A stretch of DNA of 64,000 bases from Candidatus Omnitrophota bacterium (lineage in GTDB: Bacteria > Omnitrophota > Gorgyraeia > Zapsychrales > Aceulaceae). This document shows, one piece after another, positions 1 to 10,025 of the stretch (position 1 is the first letter of the stretch; every line of letters begins with the position of its first letter). The position numbers and the translations under genes are program-made. The notes beneath the pieces were generated by a model that ran no database searches, was not told the DNA's origin, and was given only the letters and a program-made list of their open reading frames with translations. The stretch lies in assembly GCA_028693815.1 (NCBI GenBank), contig JAQUUP010000007.1, forward strand, positions 4,921 to 68,920, written 5' to 3'.

Positions 1-122
1 GAACTAAGCCAGCAAAAATTGATAGCGGTGCAGATATTTTAGTTCCGCTTTTTATTGGAAATGAAGAATGGATTAAAGTCGACACAAGAACGGGAACCTA
101 TGTTGAAAGGGTGAAGAAATGA
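1..122 (+). CDS. efp: elongation factor P, C-terminal fragment (5' end outside window)
   Basis: Frame ending at TGA 120-122 translates ...[28 protein letters not shown], the conserved EF-P C-terminus. Its stop overlaps the accB ATG (ATGA); efp-accB-accC is a common conserved arrangement. Confidence 0.75.
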   Translation, partial: TKPAKIDSGADILVPLFIGNEEWIKVDTRTGTYVERVKK

Positions 123-577
123 ATTTAAAAGAGATTAAAGAAATTATTAAGTTAATGAATGAAAATGATCTTTCTCAAATTGAGCTGGAGAGGGAAGGAT
201 CTAAGATTAAAATTAACAAAGGGCCAACAGGTGCGCCTGTTATTGTTTCAAATCCTGTTGCAGAATATAGAGGTGCTCCTGCGGTTGGTTCTGGGCCAGC
301 GGTCGAGGCTGTTGCAGCGGTGTCTACAGTTTCGGGCTTGAAAGAAGTTAAAGCGCCAATGGTTGGAACATTTTATCGTGCGCCATCGCCAGATGCGCCG
401 CCGTTTGTTGAGGTTGGACAAACTGTTGAAATTGGACAAGTTCTTTGTATTTTAGAGGCGATGAAGCTTATGAATGAAATCAAATCTGAAGTTCGAGGAA
501 AAATTTCTGAAATTAAAGTTGAGAACGCTGAGCCAGTTGAATTTGGCACAGTTATGTTTCTCATTGAACCGGTTTAA
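119..577 (+). CDS. accB: acetyl-CoA carboxylase biotin carboxyl carrier protein
   Basis: 152 aa with an Ala/Pro-rich linker and the biotinyl-lysine motif EAMKLMNEI near the C-terminus; directly upstream of accC. Confidence 0.9.
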   Translation: MNLKEIKEIIKLMNENDLSQIELEREGSKIKINKGPTGAPVIVSNPVAEYRGAPAVGSGPAVEAVAAVSTVSGLKEVKAPMVGTFYRAPSPDAPPFVEVGQTVEIGQVLCILEAMKLMNEIKSEVRGKISEIKVENAEPVEFGTVMFLIEPV

Positions 578-589
578 CATCTTACGCTT

Positions 590-1951
590 ATGTTCTCAAA
601 AATTTTAATTGCTAATCGAGGGGAAATTGCTCTTCGCATTATTCGTGCTTGCAAAGAGCTTGGGGTCAGCACCGTTGCTGTTTATTCTGAGGCAGATCGG
701 GATTCTTTGCATGTCCGGTTTGCTGATGAAGCTGTTTGTATCGGAAGAGCCCCAAGCAAAGAAAGTTATTTAAATATTCCAGCTATTATTTCTGCTGCCG
801 AGATAGCAAATGTTGAAGCTATTCATCCTGGATATGGATTTTTAGCAGAAAACGCACATTTTGCTGAGATTTGCGAATCATGCCACATTACTTTTATTGG
901 GCCAACGCCTGAATCAATGCGTATGATGGGAGACAAAGTTTCTGCCCGAAATGTTATGAAAAAAGCGGGTGTGCCTGTCACTCCAGGTGGAAATTCTATT
1001 GTTAAGAATAAAGAAGAAGCCATGAAGCTTGTTAAAACAATTAAGTATCCTGTTATTATTAAAGCAACAGCAGGCGGTGGTGGCAAGGGGATGCGTGTAT
1101 GTCATAACGACGTGACCCTCGTGAGTTCTTTAACTATGGCCCAAACAGAGGCTGAGGCAAGTTTTGGGAACCCAGATGTTTATATTGAGAAATTTATTAC
1201 GAATCCTCGGCATATCGAAATTCAACTTTTATCAGATAATTATGGAAACACAATTCATCTTGGCGAGAGGGATTGCAGCATTCAAAGACGACATCAGAAG
1301 CTTTTAGAAGAGGCGCCTTCTCCAGCGTTAAGTAGTAAGTTGCGCAAGAAAATGGGAGAGATGGCTGTGAAGGGTGCAAAGGCTGTTAACTATCGGGGTG
1401 TTGGAACTGTAGAATTCTTGCTAGACGAAGATGGTTCTTTTTATTTCATGGAAATGAATACACGCGTCCAGGTTGAGCATCCCGTCACAGAGATGGTTAC
1501 CGGTGTTGATATTGTAAAAGAACAGATTCGCGCTGCTGCTGGAGAAAAGCTTAAAATTAAACAGGAAGATGTTAAAATTTCTGGGGCTGCTATTGAATGC
1601 CGTATTAATGCTGAGGATCCTGATAATAATTTTATGCCATGTCCAGGAAGAATTGAAGAGCTTAATTTGCCCGGAGGTCCAGGCGTTCGCGTTGATACAC
1701 ATATTTATCCGAAATATATGATTAGTCCATTTTATGATTCGATGGTTGCAAAACTTATTGTCCACGGGAAAACAAGAGCAGAAGCTATTAAAACATTGGT
1801 TAGAGCGTTAGATGAATTTTATATTGCGCCAATTAAGACGACAGTTAATTTTCATAAAAGAATTCTTCAGAATCCAGATTTCTTAAAAGGAACCGTTTCT
1901 ACAAATTTCTTAGAGAAAATGGCAAAGACAGAAACCGATTTACACAAATAA
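590..1951 (+). CDS. accC: acetyl-CoA carboxylase biotin carboxylase subunit
   Basis: 453 aa, ATP-grasp fold. N-terminal [25 protein letters not shown] and the conserved [14 protein letters not shown] motif. Confidence 0.92.
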   Translation: MFSKILIANRGEIALRIIRACKELGVSTVAVYSEADRDSLHVRFADEAVCIGRAPSKESYLNIPAIISAAEIANVEAIHPGYGFLAENAHFAEICESCHITFIGPTPESMRMMGDKVSARNVMKKAGVPVTPGGNSIVKNKEEAMKLVKTIKYPVIIKATAGGGGKGMRVCHNDVTLVSSLTMAQTEAEASFGNPDVYIEKFITNPRHIEIQLLSDNYGNTIHLGERDCSIQRRHQKLLEEAPSPALSSKLRKKMGEMAVKGAKAVNYRGVGTVEFLLDEDGSFYFMEMNTRVQVEHPVTEMVTGVDIVKEQIRAAAGEKLKIKQEDVKISGAAIECRINAEDPDNNFMPCPGRIEELNLPGGPGVRVDTHIYPKYMISPFYDSMVAKLIVHGKTRAEAIKTLVRALDEFYIAPIKTTVNFHKRILQNPDFLKGTVSTNFLEKMAKTETDLHK

Positions 1952-1974
1952 CTTTTGAATATTTCATTAAGGAG

Positions 1975-2337
1975 ATGCTTAAAATGAAACAAGATCAACA
2001 AGTTGACTATGGGTCTATTCAAATTCACAAAAAAGTTTTAGCTGATATTGTTTTGTCTGTTGTGCACGAGGCAGAAGGAATTGCTGTTGCTTCAGAAAGC
2101 TTTATGGGAGGTCTTTTAAATATTTTTCGTAAAAGAAATTATTCCGGAATCATTGTCACGATTGATAAGGATAACGAAGTTAGCATTGAGGTTCGAATTT
2201 GTGTTCAGTATGGTGTTAATATTCCAGACGCATCTCGTCAGCTTCAAGATGCTATCCGCGATGCGATTGAGAAAACAACAGATATTAACTTAAAAGATGT
2301 CCATATTAATATTCAGGGTATCGAAGGGGGGGCTTAA
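1975..2337 (+). CDS. Asp23/Gls24 family alkaline-shock protein
   Basis: 120 aa small acidic protein with the Asp23-family pattern (IADIV...VHEAEGI...VQYGVNIPD). Confidence 0.7.
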   Translation: MLKMKQDQQVDYGSIQIHKKVLADIVLSVVHEAEGIAVASESFMGGLLNIFRKRNYSGIIVTIDKDNEVSIEVRICVQYGVNIPDASRQLQDAIRDAIEKTTDINLKDVHINIQGIEGGA

Positions 2338-2948
2338 TGAGAGTGTTTACTCGTCTTGCTATGTTGTTTTATAGTGTTATTATTTTGTTTGTTGGAAGTC
2401 TTGTTGTTTCATTTACAACACACACGATAGCACTGATAGAGGCTAATGACTATCTTGATGCTGTCTATAATGATACGAATTTATGTTTTGTGATTAGTGT
2501 TATTTCAGTGGTTGTTATGTTTTTAAGTCTTCTTTTTGCACGCATTATTATTGGTGGTCAGCAAAAGGAAAAAGTGATTGCGTTTGATAATCCTTCAGGA
2601 CGCGTTAGCATTTCATTGAGTGCTTTAGAGGATATGATTAAGCGTGCAGTTGCTAAAATTTCTGAAGTTAAAGAAATTAAGCCAAGTATTTTGGCTACAA
2701 AAAAAGGTATCGAGGTTACGTCGCGACTGGTTTTAAAATCGGATGTGAGTATTCCAGATATGACAGCGCGGTTGCAGGAATTAATCAAGGGACGGGTTCA
2801 AGATGTTTTAGGTATTGAAGAAAATGTCAGTGTCAAGATTCATGTCACGAAAATTGTTCCTTCGTCTGGAAAAGAACAGAGCCGAAAAAGTGATGAAGTA
2901 GAACAGAAAGAGAATCTTTCCGTTCCTTTTCAGGGATATCGTAAATAG
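2337..2948 (+). CDS. membrane-anchored Asp23-like protein (AmaP-like)
   Basis: N-terminal TM helices followed by a C-terminal Asp23-like domain; overlapping stop/start (TAATG) with the upstream Asp23 gene. Confidence 0.5.
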   Translation: MRVFTRLAMLFYSVIILFVGSLVVSFTTHTIALIEANDYLDAVYNDTNLCFVISVISVVVMFLSLLFARIIIGGQQKEKVIAFDNPSGRVSISLSALEDMIKRAVAKISEVKEIKPSILATKKGIEVTSRLVLKSDVSIPDMTARLQELIKGRVQDVLGIEENVSVKIHVTKIVPSSGKEQSRKSDEVEQKENLSVPFQGYRK

Positions 2949-2962
2949 AACAACAGGTAAGG

Positions 2963-3991
2963 GTGTTTATGAAAAAGATAGGCATTTTAACTGGCGGTGC
3001 TGATTGTCCAGGGTTAAATTCTGTTATCCGAGCTATTGTCCGAAAAGGAATGCAAGAAGGTTATGTGATCACTGGAGTTAAGAACGGATGGCTCGGACTT
3101 ATCGACAATGACATGAAAGTATTGGATTTAAAGCAAACATCTGGCATTCTTGATCGGGGTGGAACGCTTCTTGGAACAAGTCGTATTAATCCATTAGATA
3201 ATCCGGAACAAATAAAAAAGATTGAAGAAAACTATAAGCGCAGCGGAATTGATGCGCTTATTGTTGTTGGGGGCGAGGTGACCCTTAATGTCGCTGTTGA
3301 ACTTTATCGAAGAAAAGTGATTAAAGTGATCGGCGTCCCAAAGTCTATTGATAATTCGTTATCCGGAACAGATTATGCTTTTGGGTTTGATACTGCTGTT
3401 AATGTTGCAACTGAATGCATTGATCGATTGCATACAACAGCAGAAAGCCATCATCGTATTATGGTTATTGAGGTTATGGGTCGATATACAGGCTGGGTAG
3501 CCCTTGAGTCTGGCATTGCAGGAGGTGCTGATATTATCATGGTTCCGGAAATACTTGTTGATCTCGAAGAGGTTTGCGAGTCTATTCAAAGGAGACATCA
3601 AAGAGGAAAGACGTTTAGCATTATTGTTGTTGCTGAGGGTGCACAGTGCAAAGATCATCCAGAGTTTAATGAGAGTTTAGGAAAGAAATTTCGATTTGGT
3701 GGCGTTGGTGAATTTATTGCAAAAGCCATTGAAAAACAAACAGGGTATGACACGCGCGTAAGTGTTTTGGGCTACATTCAGAGAGGCGGAACACCATCTG
3801 CGTATGATCGAGTTATTGGAACGCGTTTTGGAGTTCATGCGGTTAATTTGGCAAAAGAAGAAAAGTTTGGTCAGATGGTGAGTCTTCATCATAATGTGAT
3901 TCAATCAGTTCCTATTGAACGTGCTATTGAGAAACGAAAAACAGTTAATATGGAAATTTATGATATGGCAAAATGTTTTTTTGCTGAATAA
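2963..3991 (+). CDS. pfkA: 6-phosphofructokinase (ATP- or PPi-dependent)
   Basis: KIGILTGGADCPGLNSVIRAIV N-terminus, GGEVT and MVIEVMGRYTGW motifs of the PFK-A family. Confidence 0.88.
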   Translation: MFMKKIGILTGGADCPGLNSVIRAIVRKGMQEGYVITGVKNGWLGLIDNDMKVLDLKQTSGILDRGGTLLGTSRINPLDNPEQIKKIEENYKRSGIDALIVVGGEVTLNVAVELYRRKVIKVIGVPKSIDNSLSGTDYAFGFDTAVNVATECIDRLHTTAESHHRIMVIEVMGRYTGWVALESGIAGGADIIMVPEILVDLEEVCESIQRRHQRGKTFSIIVVAEGAQCKDHPEFNESLGKKFRFGGVGEFIAKAIEKQTGYDTRVSVLGYIQRGGTPSAYDRVIGTRFGVHAVNLAKEEKFGQMVSLHHNVIQSVPIERAIEKRKTVNMEIYDMAKCFFAE

Positions 3992-4009
3992 AAAAATAGA
4001 AAGATTTTT

Positions 4010-4582
4010 ATGAAAGAAATAATCCGTCAAATTGTTTCAGATTCTATCGCGGTTAAACAAAAAGCAGTTGAAGATAATATTGATACGCTTGTTAGGGCGG
4101 TTGATGCTATTGGAAAAACGCTTAAAAAAGACGGGAAGATTATTTTGTTTGGAAACGGAGGGTCTGCGGCAGACAGCCAACACGTAGCAGCAGAGTTTAT
4201 TGGACGGTTTCAGAAAGAACGAAAATCAATTCCTGCGATTGCTTTAACGACAGACACGTCTATTTTGACAGCGTTGGCTAATGATTATAGTTTTGATGTT
4301 GTTTTTTCGCGTCAGCTAGAGGGTCTAGGTACGTCTAAAGATATCGCAATCGGCTTGTCAACAAGCGGAAACTCTAAGAATGTTTTTGAGGCGATTAAGA
4401 CGGCAAAGAAAATTGGAATGAAAACAATTTCATTGACCGGCGGAACTGGCGGGTTGATTGCTAGGGCGTCTGATATCAGTATTATTGTTTCATCAAAAAA
4501 TACGGCGAGAGTGCAAGAATCTCACATTTGCTTGGCTCATGTTATTTGTGAGCTTGTCGAAAGAAAGTTTAGCAAGAAATGA
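4010..4582 (+). CDS. gmhA: D-sedoheptulose-7-phosphate isomerase (SIS domain)
   Basis: 190 aa SIS domain with LFGNGGSAADSQHVAAEF and the GmhA signature; followed by a heptose nucleotidyltransferase. Confidence 0.85.
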   Translation: MKEIIRQIVSDSIAVKQKAVEDNIDTLVRAVDAIGKTLKKDGKIILFGNGGSAADSQHVAAEFIGRFQKERKSIPAIALTTDTSILTALANDYSFDVVFSRQLEGLGTSKDIAIGLSTSGNSKNVFEAIKTAKKIGMKTISLTGGTGGLIARASDISIIVSSKNTARVQESHICLAHVICELVERKFSKK

Positions 4583-5064
4583 ATACTCAAAAGAAAATTG
4601 TAAGTCTAGATATTCTAAAGAAGAAAATTGTTATTTTTCGAAAAAAAGGCAAGAGAATTATTTTTACGAATGGATGTTTTGATCTTTTACATATTGGCCA
4701 TGTTAATTATTTAGAAAAGATTAAAGGCCAAAATGATATTTTAATTGTTGCCGTTAATAGCGATGCTTCTGTGAAGAAAATAAAGGTGACCGGCAGGCCT
4801 GTTCAATCGCAAAGATCACGCGCGGGTGTTATTGCAGGTCTTGAGGCTGTTGATTTTGTTATAATTTTTTCTGAAGAAACGCCATATAATGTTATTAAAG
4901 CTTTAAAGCCAGATGTTCTTTTAAAGGGCGCAGATTGGAAGTCAAAGGGAGTTGTCGGTCAAGATATCGTTGAGTCGAGCGGGGGAAGTGTTAAGTTTGT
5001 TAAATATTTAAAAGGTTTTTCAACAACAAGTATTATTGAGACAGTTTTAAAGAAATGCGTATAA
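4579..5064 (+). CDS. D-glycero-beta-D-manno-heptose-1-phosphate adenylyltransferase (RfaE domain II / HldE C-domain-like)
   Basis: 161 aa cytidylyltransferase-like fold with FTNGCFDLLHIGHVNYLE (H-x-G-H motif); 4-bp overlap with gmhA. Confidence 0.8.
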   Translation: MNTQKKIVSLDILKKKIVIFRKKGKRIIFTNGCFDLLHIGHVNYLEKIKGQNDILIVAVNSDASVKKIKVTGRPVQSQRSRAGVIAGLEAVDFVIIFSEETPYNVIKALKPDVLLKGADWKSKGVVGQDIVESSGGSVKFVKYLKGFSTTSIIETVLKKCV

Positions 5065-5477
5065 TCGAAAAGAAAAAGATATTGCGTGTTATTGATGCAA
5101 ATTTAAATAGAGCAAAAGAAGGATTAAGGATTTGCGAAGATATTGCGCGTTTTGTTCTTGATCAAAAAAATGAAACTGAGCAGTATAAGGATATTCGTCA
5201 CCAATTAACACAAGCATGTTTTTTTATAGTCGGAAGCAAAAAGAATATTATTTGTGCACGAGATATTATAAAAGATGTTGGCAAAAAGACAGTTGCCTCT
5301 GAACTTAAAAGAAAAGGCATTAAAGATATTTTCTATGCTAATTCTCAGCGTAGCAAGGAATCAATTCGCGTTTTGGAAGAGTTTACAAAATTGATAGATC
5401 CAAAAAAAGCTTTAGTGTGCAAGAAAATGCGTTATTCTGTTTATGAGCTAGAGCGAAAGATTGTTTGTTTGTTTTGA
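5055..5477 (+). CDS. hypothetical protein (conserved VIDANLNRAKEGLRICEDIARF N-terminal helix)
   Basis: 140 aa ORF overlapping the upstream gene by 10 bp; no family assigned with confidence. Confidence 0.45.
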   Translation: MRIIEKKKILRVIDANLNRAKEGLRICEDIARFVLDQKNETEQYKDIRHQLTQACFFIVGSKKNIICARDIIKDVGKKTVASELKRKGIKDIFYANSQRSKESIRVLEEFTKLIDPKKALVCKKMRYSVYELERKIVCLF

Positions 5478-5496
5478 TAAAATGATTGAGGGAAAT

Positions 5497-5568
<72 letters not shown>

Positions 5569-5577
5569 TTTAAAATA

Positions 5578-6252
5578 TTGATGAGACTAGGCACAAAAAG
5601 ATTTTATTTGATAGTATTGTCGCTATTGTATTTAGCCGTAGGCGGTTGTGCAACGTATTCAAGCGATTCTTTGAAAAACTTGAGTTGTTCGCAAAAAGGA
5701 ATTTATCATAAGGTTAGAGGGAAAGAAACTCTTTGGCGGATTGCTAAAGCATACGACTTGACGGTCGAAGACCTTGTGAGTGCAAATAATATTCCTAATG
5801 CGGCTCAGATTCAGGAAAATCAGTTAATTTTTATTCCTGGAGCAAGCGAGCAGAAAAAAGTTATTTCGATGCAAGAGGCCTTTGTTGATAATGAATTCAG
5901 ATGGCCAATAAAAGGAAGGGTGATTTCTTATTTTGGCAATCAAAAAATGAATGCTGCCAATAATGGGATTGATATCGAATCTGAATTCGGGAAAGATGTT
6001 TGTGCGTCTCGCGGCGGAAGAATTGTTTTTGCAGACTATCTTCCGGGTTATGGTCAGACCGTGATGATTGACCATGGTGATGCGTACTTGACGGTGTATA
6101 GTCAAGATTCAGATATTTTAGTTTCTGTTGGAGATCTTGTTGTATCAGGAGATCCAATTGCAAAAGTCGGGAAAAAAGATATGGTGGCGTTTTTGCATTT
6201 TGAGATTAGAAAGAAATCTGTTGCGAGTAATCCGTTATATTTTTTGCCGTAA
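5578..6252 (+). CDS. LysM-domain M23 family peptidase lipoprotein (NlpD-like)
   Basis: Signal peptide plus lipobox (LAVGGC), LysM (YHKVRGKETLWRIAKAY...) and C-terminal M23 peptidase motifs (GIDIE..., TVMIDHG). Confidence 0.8.
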   Translation: MMRLGTKRFYLIVLSLLYLAVGGCATYSSDSLKNLSCSQKGIYHKVRGKETLWRIAKAYDLTVEDLVSANNIPNAAQIQENQLIFIPGASEQKKVISMQEAFVDNEFRWPIKGRVISYFGNQKMNAANNGIDIESEFGKDVCASRGGRIVFADYLPGYGQTVMIDHGDAYLTVYSQDSDILVSVGDLVVSGDPIAKVGKKDMVAFLHFEIRKKSVASNPLYFLP

Positions 6253-6267
6253 ATGTAGAAAGAAATC

Positions 6268-7896
6268 ATGGATTTAGAAAAACTTTTTTTTGATAGAAAA
6301 AATATTTTAGAAATTCTTAAAAAACGCGTGATTGATTTAAAAGACGGGTATCGTCAAAACGTTGCGCTTTTAGGTCCGCATTACATTGGAAAAACTTCCA
6401 TTTTTCGCAAGTTTATTTCTGACTTGGACGATCCAGAGTTAATTACGATTTATTTAGATTTAGATCAAAAAGATTTTAAGCATATTTTTTCTAATTTTGT
6501 CGGAAGCATTCTTTATAATTTTGCAAAATTAAAGCAACTTGTTCTTTATGATGATCTTAATCTTTTAATGGAAGCGACAAGGCATGAGCTTCCACAAACT
6601 ATTGAAGCGATTAAGCGAATCCAGAGCAATATTGAGAAGAAACGATTTGCAGAAAGCTATCGACAGCTTATTTCTCTACCGGAAGTTTTTTCTTTAGAAT
6701 CAAAAATGTTTTGCTTAATTATTTTAGATGAGTTTCATAATCTTGAAGATTTGGGCATTGTTGATGTTTTTCAAGAATTAGGCAAGAGGATTATGACACA
6801 AAAAAGATGCTTGTATTTAATGGCAAGTTCTATGCAAAATATTGCTCGAAAAATTCTTTCTGAGAAATTGTCGCTTTTATTTGGTCATTTTGAAATTATC
6901 AACATTCTTCCATTTGATTTAGAAACAAGTCAGAATTTTATTGATGAATGTCTTTCTGGCGTTCAGATGAATCGTGATTTAGGAAGTTTTTTAATCGATT
7001 TTACAGGAGGTCATCCATTTTATCTTAGTATTTTGAATAGAGAAATTAAGAACCTAGCGTTAGTGTATGGGCAATCTGAAGTTTTTTTGCCGCTTTTATC
7101 CAAAGTTATTGAAAATACAATTTTTGATAAATGGGGCGTTTTAAGTCGTCATTTTGAAATTATGATTAGTCAATTGTCGCAAGGCAAAAATAATCGGGAA
7201 GTTTGTAGTTTGTTGATTGCACTTGCGAATAATCATCACAAAACAGAAGACATTGCTTCAAACACTGACCTTCGAAAGAGCTTTATTTTGCAAAAGATGT
7301 CTATTTTGATTGAACTTGGTATTGTTGAGAAATGTACAAGTTTTTATTATTTGAGAGATAAACTATTTAAATATTGGATAAAATATATTTTTCAAAAGAG
7401 GCTTAATTCGATCGGATGTGATTTTGAACGTCAAAAACAATGTTTTTCTTCTGAGCTCAGTGAATCGATTTTGAGCTTTCAATTGGTTTCCAAAAAAGAT
7501 TTATCTTTGCGCGTCATGGATCTTTTAAAATGTTTTGATAATGAATCATTTAATTTTCAAGGGCGACGATATCGTTTGCCATGTTTTTACAAAATTAAAC
7601 CATTAAAGATGAAAAGTGTTTCTCGAAAAGATTTGGATATTATCAAAGCATACTCTTCAGATGAGGCATGGTTTATTGTGCTTAATGAAGAGCCTTTGTC
7701 TGAAGGTGATGTTAATGCTTTTTTAAGTGAATCAAAAAAATTGAGCCAAAAACCGCATCGACGCGTTATCATTTCTCCTAAAAATTTGGAAAATAGCGCA
7801 CGGCTTAAAGCACTTCAAGAAAAGACATGGATTTGGAACGAAGGGGAGTTAAATTTATTGTTAAATATGTACGATAAACCTTATATTGTAAAATGA
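6268..7896 (+). CDS. AAA-type ATP-binding protein ('archaeal ATPase' + DUF234-like)
   Basis: 542 aa; Walker A LLGPHYIGKTS and Walker B LIILDEF; long alpha-helical C-terminus. First gene of an overlapping gene series. Confidence 0.6.
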   Translation: MDLEKLFFDRKNILEILKKRVIDLKDGYRQNVALLGPHYIGKTSIFRKFISDLDDPELITIYLDLDQKDFKHIFSNFVGSILYNFAKLKQLVLYDDLNLLMEATRHELPQTIEAIKRIQSNIEKKRFAESYRQLISLPEVFSLESKMFCLIILDEFHNLEDLGIVDVFQELGKRIMTQKRCLYLMASSMQNIARKILSEKLSLLFGHFEIINILPFDLETSQNFIDECLSGVQMNRDLGSFLIDFTGGHPFYLSILNREIKNLALVYGQSEVFLPLLSKVIENTIFDKWGVLSRHFEIMISQLSQGKNNREVCSLLIALANNHHKTEDIASNTDLRKSFILQKMSILIELGIVEKCTSFYYLRDKLFKYWIKYIFQKRLNSIGCDFERQKQCFSSELSESILSFQLVSKKDLSLRVMDLLKCFDNESFNFQGRRYRLPCFYKIKPLKMKSVSRKDLDIIKAYSSDEAWFIVLNEEPLSEGDVNAFLSESKKLSQKPHRRVIISPKNLENSARLKALQEKTWIWNEGELNLLLNMYDKPYIVK

Positions 7897-8375
7897 AAAT
7901 AGGCGTTCTTTCTGATACTCACTCTCGCGCGTTATCTAAGAAAGTTTTAGATGATTTTAAAACAGTTGATTTAATCATTCATGCTGGAGATTTTTGTTCG
8001 GCTGAAGATCTTAACAGTTTAAAAAGAATCGGAAGAGTAGAAGCGGTTTACGGCAATATGGATGGGTCTGGCTTGCGCAATATTTTGCCAAAAAGCCAAA
8101 TTATTAATTGCGAATCATTTTCTATTGGTTTATTTCACGGAGAAGGTGCGCCAAAGTTTTTGCTGGATCGTGTTAAAAAAGAATTTAAAGGAAAGAAAGT
8201 TGATGCTATTATTTTTGGGCACTCACATCATCCTATGAATGAAAAGATAGACAACGTTCTTTTTTTTAATCCAGGTAGTGCGACGGATACCATTTTTGCG
8301 CCGTTTCGTTCTTATGGTATTTTAGATATTACGGATCATATCGAAGGAAGGATTGTAAACATTGATGAAAGCTAA
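7893..8375 (+). CDS. YfcE/MJ0936-family metallophosphoesterase
   Basis: 160 aa; KIGVLSDTH, IHAGDF and GHSH metal-binding motifs; start overlaps the upstream stop (ATGA). Confidence 0.8.
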   Translation: MKIGVLSDTHSRALSKKVLDDFKTVDLIIHAGDFCSAEDLNSLKRIGRVEAVYGNMDGSGLRNILPKSQIINCESFSIGLFHGEGAPKFLLDRVKKEFKGKKVDAIIFGHSHHPMNEKIDNVLFFNPGSATDTIFAPFRSYGILDITDHIEGRIVNIDES

Positions 8376-8862
8376 AAGGCTTTGGGCCCCTTGGCGCTCT
8401 AAATATGTAACAGCGATACACGAGAAAGCAAAGGGTTGTGTTTTCTGCGGCATTTTTTCAAGTAAAGCAGATAAGAAAAATTATATTTTTAAAAGGACAA
8501 AGCATTGCTTTGCAGTCTTAAATATTTTTCCTTATAACAATGGGCATATTTTAATTATTCCTAATCGACATGTTAATGATTTAAAAAAGTTGAAAAAGGA
8601 AGAAAAATATGATTTATTTGATCTTTTGGAAGAATCAAAAGATCTTTTGGAAGAGGTTTTAAGTCCCCAGGGATACAATATTGGCATCAATATCGGACGT
8701 ATTGCTGGAGCGGGATTTCCGGGACATCTCCACATCCATGTGGTGCCGCGCTGGAAGGGTGATGTAAATTTTATGCCAGTTATAACAGATTTAAAAGTTA
8801 TATCTCAATCCTTAGAAACATTATACGAAAAATTGATTTATGCGGACAAGAGAAGAAATTGA
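8362..8862 (+). CDS. HIT family hydrolase/nucleotidyltransferase (Ap4A phosphorylase-like)
   Basis: 166 aa with histidine triad HLHIHVVPRW; overlaps both neighbours. Confidence 0.75.
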   Translation: MMKAKRLWAPWRSKYVTAIHEKAKGCVFCGIFSSKADKKNYIFKRTKHCFAVLNIFPYNNGHILIIPNRHVNDLKKLKKEEKYDLFDLLEESKDLLEEVLSPQGYNIGINIGRIAGAGFPGHLHIHVVPRWKGDVNFMPVITDLKVISQSLETLYEKLIYADKRRN

Positions 8863-10024
8863 ACAATTAGAAGTAAGAAATTTAGCTCCTTATGCGATGT
8901 GTAGCAGGGATTCTGCAGGGCGCGTTTATGCGGAATCTCTTGATGATAAGCGCACATGTTATCAGAGAGACCGTGATCGTATTGTGCATTTGAGGGCGTT
9001 TCGAAATCTTGAATATAAAACGCAAGTTTTCCCTATTTTTGAAGGAGATTATTATCGAACGCGCTTAACACATACATTGGAAGTGGCCCAAATTGCAAGA
9101 ACGATTGGTCGTAATTTGATGCTCAATGAGGATTTAATTGAAGCTGTTGCCCTTGCCCATGACCTCGGTCATCCACCTTTTGGTCATGCAGGAGAAAAAG
9201 CTCTTGATGAAATTATGAGCGAAGAAAAACTTGAAGGATTTTTTAGCCGTATTACTGGAAAGCATAAACCTAAGGGATTCAATCACAATAAGCGAAGCTA
9301 TGAAATTGTGACGCGCGAAAGACGCTATCCGAATTTTGAAGGATTAAATTTAACAAAAGAAGTTTTGGTTGGTATTCTCAAACATAAAACTGTCTATGAT
9401 ATTCCTTCAAGCGAGGAAGAATTCTTAAAAGAATTCCCAACTTTAGAAGCGCAAGTTGTTAATGTTGCTGATGAGCTTGCGTATCTTGATCATGATATTG
9501 ATGACGGGCTTGCGTCGGGATATATTAAAAAAGAAGACTTGGCAGAAAGCAAGCTTTGGACAACAACATTGGATCAAGTTCGAAAAACAACAAAAAGTAC
9601 AAATGAAATTATTGAACGCAATCAAATTGTCAAGAATCTTATTAATATACAGGTTGTTGATCTTTTACAGAATTCAGATAAAGCGATTGAAGAAAGAAAT
9701 TTTAAGTCTGTTTTGGATGTTAAAACGCTCGGAGAAACTGTTATTAAGTTTAGCGATGAAATGGATCAAGAGCGATGTAAACTTCAAAAGTTAATTAATG
9801 AGAAATTATACCACCATTATCGTGTTGAGCGCATGACAATGAAAGCTAAAAGAGTTGTGCATCGACTTTTTGATATTTATAGTAGTAATTTGAATCAGTT
9901 GCCATATGAGATTTATGATAGACATGTTCAATATGGCAAGCAAGAGGAACGAGAAGTTATCTGTAATTTTATTTCTGATATGACTGATCGTGCAGCTCTA
10001 TCAGAATATAAGAAATTGATTTAA
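8840..10024 (+). CDS. dgt: dGTP triphosphohydrolase-like HD-domain protein
   Basis: 394 aa; YQRDRDRIVH...FRNLEYKTQVF N-terminus and HD motif HDLGHPPFGH; 23-bp overlap with the HIT gene. Confidence 0.8.
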   Translation: MRTREEIEQLEVRNLAPYAMCSRDSAGRVYAESLDDKRTCYQRDRDRIVHLRAFRNLEYKTQVFPIFEGDYYRTRLTHTLEVAQIARTIGRNLMLNEDLIEAVALAHDLGHPPFGHAGEKALDEIMSEEKLEGFFSRITGKHKPKGFNHNKRSYEIVTRERRYPNFEGLNLTKEVLVGILKHKTVYDIPSSEEEFLKEFPTLEAQVVNVADELAYLDHDIDDGLASGYIKKEDLAESKLWTTTLDQVRKTTKSTNEIIERNQIVKNLINIQVVDLLQNSDKAIEERNFKSVLDVKTLGETVIKFSDEMDQERCKLQKLINEKLYHHYRVERMTMKAKRVVHRLFDIYSSNLNQLPYEIYDRHVQYGKQEEREVICNFISDMTDRAALSEYKKLI

Positions 10025-10025
10025 T

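Noticed and set aside
159-1086. Multiple antisense or alternate-frame ORFs inside accB/accC (159-341, 248-439, 373-564, 823-1086, 914-1105). The same pattern occurs in other genes (uvrB, groEL, dnaE, ppdK, etc.)
   Set aside because: They lie entirely within strongly supported conserved genes on the opposite strand or in another frame; typical shadow ORFs.
4458-4682. 74-aa ORF overlapping the gmhA 3' end and hldE-like 5' end
   Set aside because: Alternative-frame shadow of two well-supported genes; low-complexity translation.
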